Origin: an uncultured Gammaproteobacteria bacterium
Lineage (GTDB): Bacteria; Patescibacteriota; Microgenomatia; UBA8517; UBA10165
Assembly (NCBI GenBank): GCA_964564005.1
Contig: CAZLZK010000001.1
Location: 3,588-60,048, forward strand
Direction of reading: 5' to 3'
Length of the DNA stretch: 56,461 nt
The notes below the pieces were generated by a model, which was given only the letters and a program-made list of their open reading frames with translations, was not told where the DNA came from and did not search any database. Shown here in pieces: positions 35,659 through 44,797 of the stretch; within the stretch, counting starts at the first letter, position 1, and the number at the start of each line of letters is the position of its first letter. The translations under genes and the position numbers were made by a program.

Positions 35659-37170
35659 CTACTGAGTAAAACCGAACATTGAATCTGTTAAGTTTGTATT
35701 TTGGCCACTGCATCCATCACGAATTTCCTTTTGACTTGGGGCAGTTTGCGGCGGAATTACACCGATGTGTCCAAAGCGTGCTTCAATTGTGTCAGGGGCA
35801 AGCTCGTCTGGAAGGACGATTGTATAGATCGGAACGTTGCTTTGGGGATGGTTAATGTGTAGATTATTCAGCCAAAAGAAGTATCTGAAGCCAACATTTT
35901 CGCCCTCCGCAGTTATATAGGAAATGCCAACACATGGAAAATCATTTTTTCTGGAGTCTTCGGCAATATATGAAGCTATGGCTTTGCGCTCATTGTAGCC
36001 CTTGTGGTAAACATCGGCTGTTATAAGATAAAAGGCGTTCTTCAACAAAATTACGGCTAATACTCCTATTGTGATCCTCCTTCCAATCCGAGACGAGCAA
36101 TACAAAAGATATAGAAGCAGAGTCACAATGGTCAGAAACACAATTTCAATGTTTACAAAGTAATATTCAGAGATAATCGTTGAAGAGAAAGTATAGTACA
36201 GTATAATGGCTCCTATCCAAACGTAGAAAACAACGAGCTCTCGGGCAGCAAGAAGGTATTTCCGTACAAGAAAGATGGCCCCCAGAAGCAACATGCCCAC
36301 AAATAATGTGTTGTTAATAAAAGGCAGGCCTTGCGGATAGAATAGTAGTCGCGTTATATCTCCGGTTGCTTTAATGATAACTAAATAAAATTTTTGCAGA
36401 CCAACTCCCCCGCCATGGTTAATTGTCAAGTTGCTGAAAAAACTTAGTGTTTGAGAAAACCCGTGTCTTGTTTCAAAAAGAAGAAGTGGAACAGATGATA
36501 TTAGAAGAGCAAAAAAAGCCAGTATTACTTGCTTGGGTGAGGGAAGCTTACGGGATAGAAAGATTGCAATGAGGGAAGCGACCAGGGCGGGAATAAGTGC
36601 AATGTGTATATGCCATATCAGACCAATTAATAATCCCAAAAGTGGTAAGACATGGTAACGTCCCCGTGTAAACATGACAACCGTGTAAAAATACCAAATG
36701 AGCCAAAGATTAGTTGGTGTACTTGGCACAATGCGGCGGTCAAAGTAGACTGGAGAGAGTAAGACTGCATATAAAAATGCTGCTATAAGTCCTACTCTTC
36801 TGTCAAAGAGCTTGGCAAAAACATAATAGTAACTAGCAACCGTTAAAACCCCGATCGCGGTTACTGGGATTACTGCCCCCACAGGGTCCATTTTTGTTAA
36901 TAAGAAAAAAGGGATCAGCATATAATAAAAGGCTGGACCGATAAATATTCCCGGGGCGGTTGTTAATTGCCCTATCAAACGAAGATGCTTGTCAACGACT
37001 ATGTCTTTAACAATCCAGGAATAAAGATCTCCGTCGTGGGCAAACTCAAAGCGGTTAACGATGTCGTAGGTTCGAAAAAACAGAGCAAGAAGAAGAATCA
37101 GGAAAAGCAAAATCAGGTGAAAGTTTTGCTTATTTACGAGAGCCTTCATTGTTAAAATTGATTGTAACAT
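35659..37170 (-). CDS. Polytopic membrane protein, GT-C-like (family C-related, paralog 4)
   Basis: 503 aa. FEFAHDGDLYSWIVKDI ... LIGQLTTAPGIFIGPAFYYMLIPF parallels the family C motifs. Soluble C-terminal domain. Confidence 0.55.
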   Translation of the reverse strand: MLQSILTMKALVNKQNFHLILLFLILLLALFFRTYDIVNRFEFAHDGDLYSWIVKDIVVDKHLRLIGQLTTAPGIFIGPAFYYMLIPFFLLTKMDPVGAVIPVTAIGVLTVASYYYVFAKLFDRRVGLIAAFLYAVLLSPVYFDRRIVPSTPTNLWLIWYFYTVVMFTRGRYHVLPLLGLLIGLIWHIHIALIPALVASLIAIFLSRKLPSPKQVILAFFALLISSVPLLLFETRHGFSQTLSFFSNLTINHGGGVGLQKFYLVIIKATGDITRLLFYPQGLPFINNTLFVGMLLLGAIFLVRKYLLAARELVVFYVWIGAIILYYTFSSTIISEYYFVNIEIVFLTIVTLLLYLLYCSSRIGRRITIGVLAVILLKNAFYLITADVYHKGYNERKAIASYIAEDSRKNDFPCVGISYITAEGENVGFRYFFWLNNLHINHPQSNVPIYTIVLPDELAPDTIEARFGHIGVIPPQTAPSQKEIRDGCSGQNTNLTDSMFGFTQ

Positions 37171-38485
37171 TAAGAAACTTCAATATTTTCACAAAAGCTA
37201 CGATATTAAGAACGGAAAGGGCACGAATTAAAAAGAAATTATTGTTTGTGAATGGTCTGCTTATCTCGTCGGAGGTGCGTCTGAAATAGGCAAAAACTAG
37301 ATTGGCAAAAACAATAGTATTAATAGCTAGCGCCCACAACAAGGTCTTTGGTCGCGAAACGGCAAGAATAATCATTGGCGCAAAACTTGCAAAAAAATAG
37401 CGCTCAAGCATATTCGTCAGGAAGAGAAAGCTCCCGAACCCTAGTGTAAAAAGCGAAACGACCACACCAAAGAGTTTATCCTGAACCTTTCTCATATATG
37501 AAAAAACAAAAACATTGATAAGTGCAAAACCTAAAATCCCCAAGATGTTTGCTGGGATTCCTATGGTCCTCTCGTTGTCTAAATCTCTGTCTATACGTAA
37601 GAAAACCGTGTGGAAGTTGAACGCTGAAATTGAGGCACGTGCGCCTACCTTAGCTCTGGGAAGTGTATTTTCCCAAAACACCTTTTTGGTAAAACCCAAA
37701 ACATCATTCCCACTGAATGGTAGTGTTGTGACAATAAAAATTAAGGACGAGAGGAATACACCGACCAAAATAGCTAATACCCTAGGCCTCCAAATAAAAA
37801 GCAGAAAGAGGTATAGTGGTACAAAAATTGACCATGTAGGCTTTGTATACAAACACACAAAGAACAAAGGTAGGGATAGGTAAACTTTCTCTTTGGCGAG
37901 TAAAACAAAAGCTAAGAGCCCAAAGAAGGCAATGACACTCTCGTTTTGCCCCCAGCCCCCGCTCAAAAAAACAGTCACCGGATTGAAAAGGTAAAACAAG
38001 GATCCCAAAATCGCTGAATTTCTCCTTCGAGTCAAATCCAAAATAATTTTAAAAACAAGAATGCCCAGTGCGAGGTCCGCTAAAATTGCTGGGAGCTTAA
38101 GAAGAAGGATGTACCCTCTCTTATTAACTGGCTCCTCCATGTCATAAAAATAAGTAATCAGTGCTGCTGGAACAAGCTTTGTAGAATTATGGATCTGGGC
38201 AAGTACATACTTATGGTCAAAAAGCCAAAATGAGCCTGCGAACATTAAAGATGTTATGGGTGGTTGGGTGGGAAAAGAATAATACCAATCCTTATTAAAA
38301 TAAAAATTTCGCGACCCATACTTCCAGAACTTTTCTCCCCATTCCCTATGTACTAAGACATCACCAATAACCCACTTGGAAATTAATGAAATTCGCAACA
38401 GAAAAGCTAGTAACAAAATAGCGAAGGAAAGAATAAGCAACTTACGATCCCTCGTGAAGTTCCCTAATAAGTTAGGCCGACTCAT
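37130..38485 (-). CDS. Polytopic membrane protein, Gpi18/DUF2029-like GT-C candidate
   Basis: 451 aa. IGDVLVHREWGEKF after TM1 (compare 21159..22547), LKLPAILADLALG, YTKPTWSIFVPLY. Confidence 0.55.
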   Translation of the reverse strand: MSRPNLLGNFTRDRKLLILSFAILLLAFLLRISLISKWVIGDVLVHREWGEKFWKYGSRNFYFNKDWYYSFPTQPPITSLMFAGSFWLFDHKYVLAQIHNSTKLVPAALITYFYDMEEPVNKRGYILLLKLPAILADLALGILVFKIILDLTRRRNSAILGSLFYLFNPVTVFLSGGWGQNESVIAFFGLLAFVLLAKEKVYLSLPLFFVCLYTKPTWSIFVPLYLFLLFIWRPRVLAILVGVFLSSLIFIVTTLPFSGNDVLGFTKKVFWENTLPRAKVGARASISAFNFHTVFLRIDRDLDNERTIGIPANILGILGFALINVFVFSYMRKVQDKLFGVVVSLFTLGFGSFLFLTNMLERYFFASFAPMIILAVSRPKTLLWALAINTIVFANLVFAYFRRTSDEISRPFTNNNFFLIRALSVLNIVAFVKILKFLNVTINFNNEGSRK

Positions 38486-38512
38486 TACAAGTCATTGTAG
38501 CATTTCTAATTA

Positions 38513-40027
38513 CTATTGAATTTGGGCCACTAGAGAAAATACTTGATCTCCCGAAAGACCATAGGGGATACCTCCCAAGTCTTCATAAAAAACTTTTAAT
38601 GTCGGGTCATTATAAAAAAGTTGTAGCGCATCTTCCCCATTTAGAACAAATGATGCTTGCTTTGAGGTGCTTCCCCATTCATTTGCAACAAAAGGATAGT
38701 TGGGATCATTTTTAAAATACACGACAGCTCCTTTTGGTAACTCTGGATACATCGATTGCACTTCACTTAATAACCGCTCGGCAAGCCTACCACGGCTTGC
38801 TGCCCAATAGGTGCTATCCCCAAGACGGGCTGATGTTACCGAAAGCGCAACGAGAAATAAGGTAATTCCACCTAGTAACATACCGCCTAAACGTGGGTGT
38901 TTCTTTTTTATACTTGAGGTTCCAGAAAAAACTACAAATCCAACTGCTCCCCAGAAAGCAGGAAGAGCGGGCACAAGATAATAAGTGGATTTATGGAGCG
39001 GTAAAAAAATAACTGGAAGTAAACTTGTGGGAAACCATAATAGAAAAAACCAAAATTTTTTATCCCTGAAGACTTTCCTTGCGCGAACCAACAAATAGGC
39101 AAGACATCCAATTAAAATCGCTACCGATGCCAGGAATGAAGCGAAAATTAATCTGAAATACTCCCCCCAATGGCGCATTAAACTGGGATTAAGTTTTAAT
39201 CCTGGACGAACGAAATCTATTAACATCTCCGGTACACCCAAGGCCCAGACTGCATACCAAGAAAGCGAGTTCAAAGTCCTCTTTAGGGAAAAGACAGCCT
39301 GGTATTGTTTCTCTTGTTGCGAGAAGCCAATCTTCTTTATGTCAGAGTATAGGAAAAGAGGGAGTACCAGGATGAAGATCCACAACTCGCGAGCTCCCTG
39401 AAGGAGCCGATCTTTAAATGAGCCTTGACCCCGGCTCCAAAACAGTCCTCCCAAAAGAACGGGGGTTGCAACAGCCAGTTCATGCGAACCCAGAGCAAGA
39501 AGATATGCGATAAAAGAAAGTCCTTTCCAATGAAAACTTCTCTTCTCCAAATAATTCAAAAAGGAAACAATAGCCAAAAGCATAAACATAGTTGCGCCCA
39601 ATGCTTGAATACCGCCGGTAAAATAATAAAGAGTAGCTACGTTCGCTGCGGTAATTCCGAAAAAGAAGGCGACAAAAAACGCAAGGTCTCTTTTTCTAAA
39701 AAGCCTTCGGATTAAAAAGTAGACAAGTGAAATGTTTATAAAGTGAATCGCAAAAGAAAGAATCCGAAACGGCAAAACGTTGAGACCGAAAAGAGAATAA
39801 AAGGTGTTATAGACAACCTCTCGAGTTAAAGGACGATAGAAAGCAATTCCACGTTCCTCAAACGGATAAAAACCAAAGAGTTTTAGAAAGCCCCCCAACG
39901 TCCCATCAGTCTGGCTCACTTTAAAATGGAAAAAGTCATCTTGGGAAAAATAGACAGAAAAGACAGGATAATAGAGAACAAGAACCATGAAGTAAATAAG
40001 AAGTAGTGGTAAAAGTCGTTTAACCAC
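38513..40027 (-). CDS. Polytopic membrane protein, PMT_2/TMTC-like GT-C candidate
   Basis: 504 aa. YFSQDDFFHFKVSQ (DD motif in the first loop) followed by GIAFYRPLTREV, as in TMTC/PMT_2-type enzymes. Soluble C-terminal domain. Confidence 0.55.
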   Translation of the reverse strand: MVKRLLPLLLIYFMVLVLYYPVFSVYFSQDDFFHFKVSQTDGTLGGFLKLFGFYPFEERGIAFYRPLTREVVYNTFYSLFGLNVLPFRILSFAIHFINISLVYFLIRRLFRKRDLAFFVAFFFGITAANVATLYYFTGGIQALGATMFMLLAIVSFLNYLEKRSFHWKGLSFIAYLLALGSHELAVATPVLLGGLFWSRGQGSFKDRLLQGARELWIFILVLPLFLYSDIKKIGFSQQEKQYQAVFSLKRTLNSLSWYAVWALGVPEMLIDFVRPGLKLNPSLMRHWGEYFRLIFASFLASVAILIGCLAYLLVRARKVFRDKKFWFFLLWFPTSLLPVIFLPLHKSTYYLVPALPAFWGAVGFVVFSGTSSIKKKHPRLGGMLLGGITLFLVALSVTSARLGDSTYWAASRGRLAERLLSEVQSMYPELPKGAVVYFKNDPNYPFVANEWGSTSKQASFVLNGEDALQLFYNDPTLKVFYEDLGGIPYGLSGDQVFSLVAQIQ

Positions 40028-40067
40028 AAGTCGATTCTACCACAGACACTAGTTTGCAAACGTAGGG

Positions 40068-40589
40068 TTACTTTTCCGGAAGATTGCCGCAGGAGACATA
40101 AACCTTAGACTGGGCTGCGGACTTATGTATATTGACAGCAAGGGGTAACTCCGATCGCAATTTATCCATAGTCACGTCTAGAGTCGTCTCTGATTTCCCA
40201 TCAACAACATTCGTAAGCGGATACTTGATAGCTCCAGGGTTTGGGCAAGAACCCGTATGAATGTGTGCTGGTTGCGAGACTCCTTTTGGCGTGCCAGTTA
40301 GATCAAGAGTCACCGTAACCTTCCCGTCAACCTCTTTAAGCGTTGCGGTGCCCATCTCTTTGGAATTATTTTGTGCACCGAGAGTAACGGTTGCGGTTTT
40401 CATTGCTTCAAGCTTCATCTTCGCCTCTTGCTCCGCAACCTGGGCTGTATATAAGAAATAGGCAGCAACTCCAACAATTAATATTCCAGCAAGGGTAATT
40501 ATGTTCCTGTCGCTTCGGGATGTGCGAGTGGGCCTCGGGGTACTTCTGCGGGATCTTGTTGACCTTCCACTTTTCCTTCGGGCAGCCAT
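40068..40589 (-). CDS. Membrane-anchored exoprotein with a CHRD-like domain and an Arg/Ser-rich N-terminal tail
   Basis: 173 aa. MAARRKSGRSTRSRRSTPRPTRTSRSDRN tail, one TM, then QPAHIHTGSCPNPG ... LAVNIHKS ... YVSCGNL, resembling the aHIHxG / vNvH pattern of CHRD domains. Confidence 0.4.
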   Translation of the reverse strand: MAARRKSGRSTRSRRSTPRPTRTSRSDRNIITLAGILIVGVAAYFLYTAQVAEQEAKMKLEAMKTATVTLGAQNNSKEMGTATLKEVDGKVTVTLDLTGTPKGVSQPAHIHTGSCPNPGAIKYPLTNVVDGKSETTLDVTMDKLRSELPLAVNIHKSAAQSKVYVSCGNLPEK

Positions 40590-40636
40590 TTCTATTATCT
40601 AATGTGACGTATTCCCAATATCTTGTCAAGAGGAGT

Positions 40637-42355
40637 TCATCTTTTCCGCCAAATAGGGACGGTAAAAAGAGCGAGCCAGGAGACAAGAGAAATAAGGTTC
40701 CCTGCCGTGCGAACCGGAGTGTTAACAAACTTTGCTAAAACCTGATGCTCGCCTTTGGCAATTTTTATGTGCATCCTCCCTAAATCATCTTCTCCAACAA
40801 ACGTCTCCGTTTCCTTACCGTCAACGAATACCTTCCATCCGGGAAATTGAAAAACGTGGATTCGGACCATTGCCTCCTCAGTGTCAATCCCAACTTTGAA
40901 ACTTACTCTGTTTGTGGACTCTGTAGGATCAGACACTTCTCCTCTCCCGTCAATGACCTCACCCAGGAGTTTGCGCGCCTCCTTGGGTGGAATCCTAGCA
41001 GCTTTAGGCAAATAATCATAAATTCCGGCTGCTTGCTGCAATTCCCATGCAGCCCCGCTAAATTTCTCTTCATCAGTCAATGGCCCAATGTGTTCGGGCT
41101 TGAAATAATCCTTGTTAATAAGAACCACTGTGACTGCTAACACTAGGAACAAAATCAATGACAATCTTTCCTTTTTTTTGGCAAATGGCGCCAAGATTCC
41201 CCCTGCAAGTATTGAGAAAGACAAGGTCGAAAGCGTTACAAACCGCCACGGAAATTGGACAAATTTCAATGGCTCAACGGCTTGCCATATTTGTATTGAG
41301 CGAGAGTGGGCCATGAAGGTCGCAAACCATCCAGAGGCAAAAAAGAAGAGAGCAAAAAGAAAGCCTTCACTCTTAAAAAGTTTCTCTTTCTTCCTCAAAA
41401 CCCCAAAAAGAATAATCCCAGTGCTAACGAATGAAAGAATCCAATGAAGATGTCCCACTTGAAAAGCCATATAGTCTCCCGGCCCCCAAATCGAGGGTCC
41501 GTAACCCCAGAAACGCGAGAGCAAAAGTTGATTAAGATCAGCAAAGTGTGCAAAGTATTCGTAGTAGCCAGAAACTAAAGTCTCGACTTGAACAAATTTA
41601 CTTTCGAAAACAACGGGTAAGGTGAAAAACGCTGCTAGTCCTAGAGACCAGATGCCAGAACCAACTATCTGGGGAAGAGTAAACCATGATCGCTCGCGAA
41701 ATAAGAGAAGAAGAATCCAGAACCCAAAAAGAGGAGCAAAAATTAGAACCATAAGATTGTGCGACAAAAGAAGGGCGGCCCAAGACAAAGTAAGGGTTAC
41801 TATCCATCTAAACTGCGCCTCCTTTATTAATTTGTAGGAGGACCAAAGGGTAAGGGGGAAAAAAACTAGAGCCCATGCTTCATTCATTGCCCCTCGAACG
41901 TAAATATCTAGTGCATGGTACGGAGCCCAAATATAAAAGATGCTAGATAAAAGCCCTCCCCATTTCCCCCAAACCTCACGGGCGAAAAAGTACATAGTGA
42001 TACCAGAAAGAAGTAGCGAAAGGGAAAATAGATGTTTTACCGTATCAACAAAGGAGAAGCCCAAAAGTCTAATTACCTGACCTATTAAATATGGCAAGGG
42101 TGGATAGAAGTTAAATAAAGGAAGACCGAATCCATATCCCATATCCGGTACCCATCGGCAGGGAATCTGAAAATCCCTAAAACATTTTTCCATCTCAAGT
42201 TGTCGCATCATTTGAAGATCGTCATGTATTAGGAAGTATCCAGGAAGAAGAAGTTCCCTAAAAGAAAAAACAGCAAAAGCAAAAATTATTAAAAGAGGGA
42301 GCTTTTCTTTTTTAAGAATAGTCAGTAGGAACTTGGGCATTTTCTGTCTCCTCAA
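40637..42355 (-). CDS. Polytopic membrane protein of the 'PTPS_related' type (family B, paralog 3)
   Basis: 572 aa. IHDDLQMMRQLEMEKCFRDFQIPCRWVPDMGYGFGLPLFNFYPPLPY, aligning closely with 14233..15999. Confidence 0.65.
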   Translation of the reverse strand: MRRQKMPKFLLTILKKEKLPLLIIFAFAVFSFRELLLPGYFLIHDDLQMMRQLEMEKCFRDFQIPCRWVPDMGYGFGLPLFNFYPPLPYLIGQVIRLLGFSFVDTVKHLFSLSLLLSGITMYFFAREVWGKWGGLLSSIFYIWAPYHALDIYVRGAMNEAWALVFFPLTLWSSYKLIKEAQFRWIVTLTLSWAALLLSHNLMVLIFAPLFGFWILLLLFRERSWFTLPQIVGSGIWSLGLAAFFTLPVVFESKFVQVETLVSGYYEYFAHFADLNQLLLSRFWGYGPSIWGPGDYMAFQVGHLHWILSFVSTGIILFGVLRKKEKLFKSEGFLFALFFFASGWFATFMAHSRSIQIWQAVEPLKFVQFPWRFVTLSTLSFSILAGGILAPFAKKKERLSLILFLVLAVTVVLINKDYFKPEHIGPLTDEEKFSGAAWELQQAAGIYDYLPKAARIPPKEARKLLGEVIDGRGEVSDPTESTNRVSFKVGIDTEEAMVRIHVFQFPGWKVFVDGKETETFVGEDDLGRMHIKIAKGEHQVLAKFVNTPVRTAGNLISLVSWLALFTVPIWRKR

Positions 42356-42376
42356 TCAAGGGATTTTTTGTAATCC

Positions 42377-43945
42377 TTAAGGATTTTTAACGTTAAAGAT
42401 GTCTATCGCATCATCCGTTACTTCAAAAAGATATAGCGATTCTCTTGGTCCGTGGACAACAAACTCCCTCGTTCGCTTAGCTCTTTCGGCCTTTGGATAA
42501 GCTGCAAGAAGCTTCAACCCCAGATTCTCTGCTTTCCCTTCAAACCGCGATGAATTAACAACAAGGAATACTTTATCGCCCGCTTTTTTTGCCTCGATTA
42601 ATGAACTGTCGACGGTCGAAATCGACACGCCAACACCCTTAACAATAATACCTGGTATATTCGTAAGGTAAATTTGTAAGCCATCGGGCAGAGTCCCAAA
42701 GAACCCCTCGGTCCCAACGACAATGGTCTTATCGGGATTTCGATTATGCTCAGCCCTAAGAAACACCGCGACTTCGCGAATCCCTGTGCCCGCAGTCCAC
42801 TCCTCCAAGTACCCCGAACGCTCAACCCTTGGTAGAGGCGCTTCCTCTGGCTTGGTCAATAAAAGATAATCAATCCACAAAGAGGGAAGGGCAAAAAGGA
42901 TAAGCAGAATCCAGTACGAAGAGTTTTTAATCTTTTGAGTTAAGCCTTCAAAGCCGACTGCAGCAAGAGCAAAGATTGGTGGAATTGTAAATAAGATATA
43001 ACGAGCGGTGAACACCTTCGCGAGCTCTCCTTGAACAAGAAGCGGAAAGATAACCCAGAGAGCAAGAACTAAAAACTCCCGCCAGAAGCGGCGACCGCGG
43101 CGCAAAACCCCAACGACAGCTCCGATAAGTACGGTAGCTGGCAAAAGCACCCAGAACCATTCAATAATTTCCTTGAGATGAAATTGCAAAGGATCAAGAG
43201 GATTGGTCAAGAAATGCGAAAGTGGAAAAACATAATCTTTGTTACGAAGCGCAACCATATGGAAATTGGGTCCCAGCCGTAAGATGTTATAGATAACAAC
43301 TGCAATGATCCACGAAACCGCCCACAAAGCAAGAAGTTTAATCAAATGAAGAACTTTTCCGTCCAGAGGACGACCAGCCTTTGGCTGGGGCCAGGAGGAC
43401 ACCACAAGCGTTGTTGGTAAAAGTAAAAGAAAGAAAATCGCTGGAGATTTTGTAAGCCAGGCAGCTCCCAGAGAAAATCCTGTCAGCATCGCAAAGTCAA
43501 GGCGCAGTGTTTGTGAAGTTAGAATGCCAAAGTAAAGTGACCAGATACCAAAGGCTGTAAGCATGCTATCAGCCAACGCCATCCTGTCAAAGAAAACCGA
43601 AAAAGGAGAAATGGCATAAAAGAGTGCTCCCAGTAAGGCGGTCTTTCGAGAATGGAAAAGTCTCTCTGTCAATAAAAATATACCCAGGATTGTGGCAATG
43701 CCCGCTGCCACCGAAACCAACCGTCCCGAAACTAAGGGATCTTGAAAAACTTTGAGAAAAGGTATAACAAACCACATAAAAAGAGGTTGTTTACCGTCGG
43801 AAAGTGGCAAGAACCGAAGTCCGGGTTCAGCTCTCATCACTTGGGCCCATCTTATGTAAATCGCCTCATCCGCAAAAATCGGGATTGAGAAAATGTTATA
43901 CGTCCTAAGAAAAACAGCCAAAACAAGAATGGCTACACCAACCAA
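42377..43945 (-). CDS. GT-C fold membrane glycosyltransferase, ArnT/GT83-like
   Basis: 522 aa. TTG start, TM1 then IFADEAIYIRWAQ (acidic loop motif), about 11 TM, soluble C-terminal domain. Confidence 0.65.
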   Translation of the reverse strand: MVGVAILVLAVFLRTYNIFSIPIFADEAIYIRWAQVMRAEPGLRFLPLSDGKQPLFMWFVIPFLKVFQDPLVSGRLVSVAAGIATILGIFLLTERLFHSRKTALLGALFYAISPFSVFFDRMALADSMLTAFGIWSLYFGILTSQTLRLDFAMLTGFSLGAAWLTKSPAIFFLLLLPTTLVVSSWPQPKAGRPLDGKVLHLIKLLALWAVSWIIAVVIYNILRLGPNFHMVALRNKDYVFPLSHFLTNPLDPLQFHLKEIIEWFWVLLPATVLIGAVVGVLRRGRRFWREFLVLALWVIFPLLVQGELAKVFTARYILFTIPPIFALAAVGFEGLTQKIKNSSYWILLILFALPSLWIDYLLLTKPEEAPLPRVERSGYLEEWTAGTGIREVAVFLRAEHNRNPDKTIVVGTEGFFGTLPDGLQIYLTNIPGIIVKGVGVSISTVDSSLIEAKKAGDKVFLVVNSSRFEGKAENLGLKLLAAYPKAERAKRTREFVVHGPRESLYLFEVTDDAIDIFNVKNP

Positions 43946-43978
43946 GGCTACCCTTCCCCATTTAGATTTGACATTTGC

Positions 43979-44005
43979 ACTCCCAGAGGGAGTCCCCGCT
44001 CTTTG
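43979..44005 (-). repeat. Conserved hairpin-containing motif of about 25 nt, copy 1 (GT2 to GT-C junction)
   Basis: Plus strand ACTCCCAGAGGGAGTCCCCGCTCTTTG. On the mRNA strand it reads GCGGGGACUCCCUCUGGGAGU (6-bp stem). 22 of 25 positions match the copy at 48943. Confidence 0.7.
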
Positions 44006-44016
44006 AGTTTTAAGTT

Positions 44017-44793
44017 TTATTTGTATTCTCCTTTTATCGCATACCAGCGAATCCGTAAAATATCTTTTATTGCGTCAATGGAATCTTTAATAAGTTGAAC
44101 GCGCTCTGTTCCAACATATTGCCATTCTACCGGAACCTCGGCAATTTTAAATTCCATTTTTTTTGCAAGATAAAGCGTTTCAACGTCAAATCCTGCATGT
44201 ACTGCTGCGCCGTGAGCTCTCATCTTTTCCCAAGACTCCATCATGCGTGGAAAGATTGCCTCTCTGGATTTTTTATCAAAAGCCTTAAATCCGCATTGAG
44301 TATCCGAGAGGGGGAGTCCTAATATTACGCTGCGCAAAAACGTAAACCCCCAGGCGGCAAGTTTCCGCAAGATTGGAGCCCCCTTCCTTCCGGTTCGCGA
44401 TCCAATTACAACATTATACCGTTCGGCAAATTTGGGCAGGAACTTTTCTACCTGACCAATCGGAGTTGCCTGATCCATATCAGTAAAAAGAGCAATATCA
44501 CCTTTCGCTGCAAGAAGACCAGTCATAACCGCTAAAGCTTTTCCGCCATGTTCATTTTCAACAAGACACCATTTCTCTTTTCCTCTAATCCAATTCTTTA
44601 CCAATATTCTGGTATCATCCGTTGAACCGTCATCAACTATAATCACCTCATACGAAAAATTAACCGTTCTTAGGTATGTTGAAACCTGTGCCAACACCCC
44701 TTTTTTAATGTTTCCAACTTCGTTGTATGCAGGAATGACTATTGATAAGAAAATCTTGTTTCGTCGAGGACTCGAAAATAAATATGGCTTCAT
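44017..44793 (-). CDS. GT2 glycosyltransferase, Dpm1/GtrB-like polyprenyl-phosphate sugar synthase
   Basis: LSIVIPAYNEVGNI ... VIIVDDGSTDDT ... SDTQCGFKAFDKKS. The Met at 44793 (MKPYLF) lies 5 nt after the upstream stop at 44798. The track extension to 44871 lies inside the upstream gene. Confidence 0.85.
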   Translation of the reverse strand: MKPYLFSSPRRNKIFLSIVIPAYNEVGNIKKGVLAQVSTYLRTVNFSYEVIIVDDGSTDDTRILVKNWIRGKEKWCLVENEHGGKALAVMTGLLAAKGDIALFTDMDQATPIGQVEKFLPKFAERYNVVIGSRTGRKGAPILRKLAAWGFTFLRSVILGLPLSDTQCGFKAFDKKSREAIFPRMMESWEKMRAHGAAVHAGFDVETLYLAKKMEFKIAEVPVEWQYVGTERVQLIKDSIDAIKDILRIRWYAIKGEYK

Positions 44794-44797
44794 GGAT

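Noticed and set aside
40068-40589. The AHIHTGSC motif suggested a Cu/Zn superoxide dismutase (SodC).
   Set aside because: The external domain is only about 110 aa and lacks the additional His ligands and the Cys pair spacing of SodC. The aHIHxG ... vNvH pattern fits a CHRD-like domain better, though still at low confidence.
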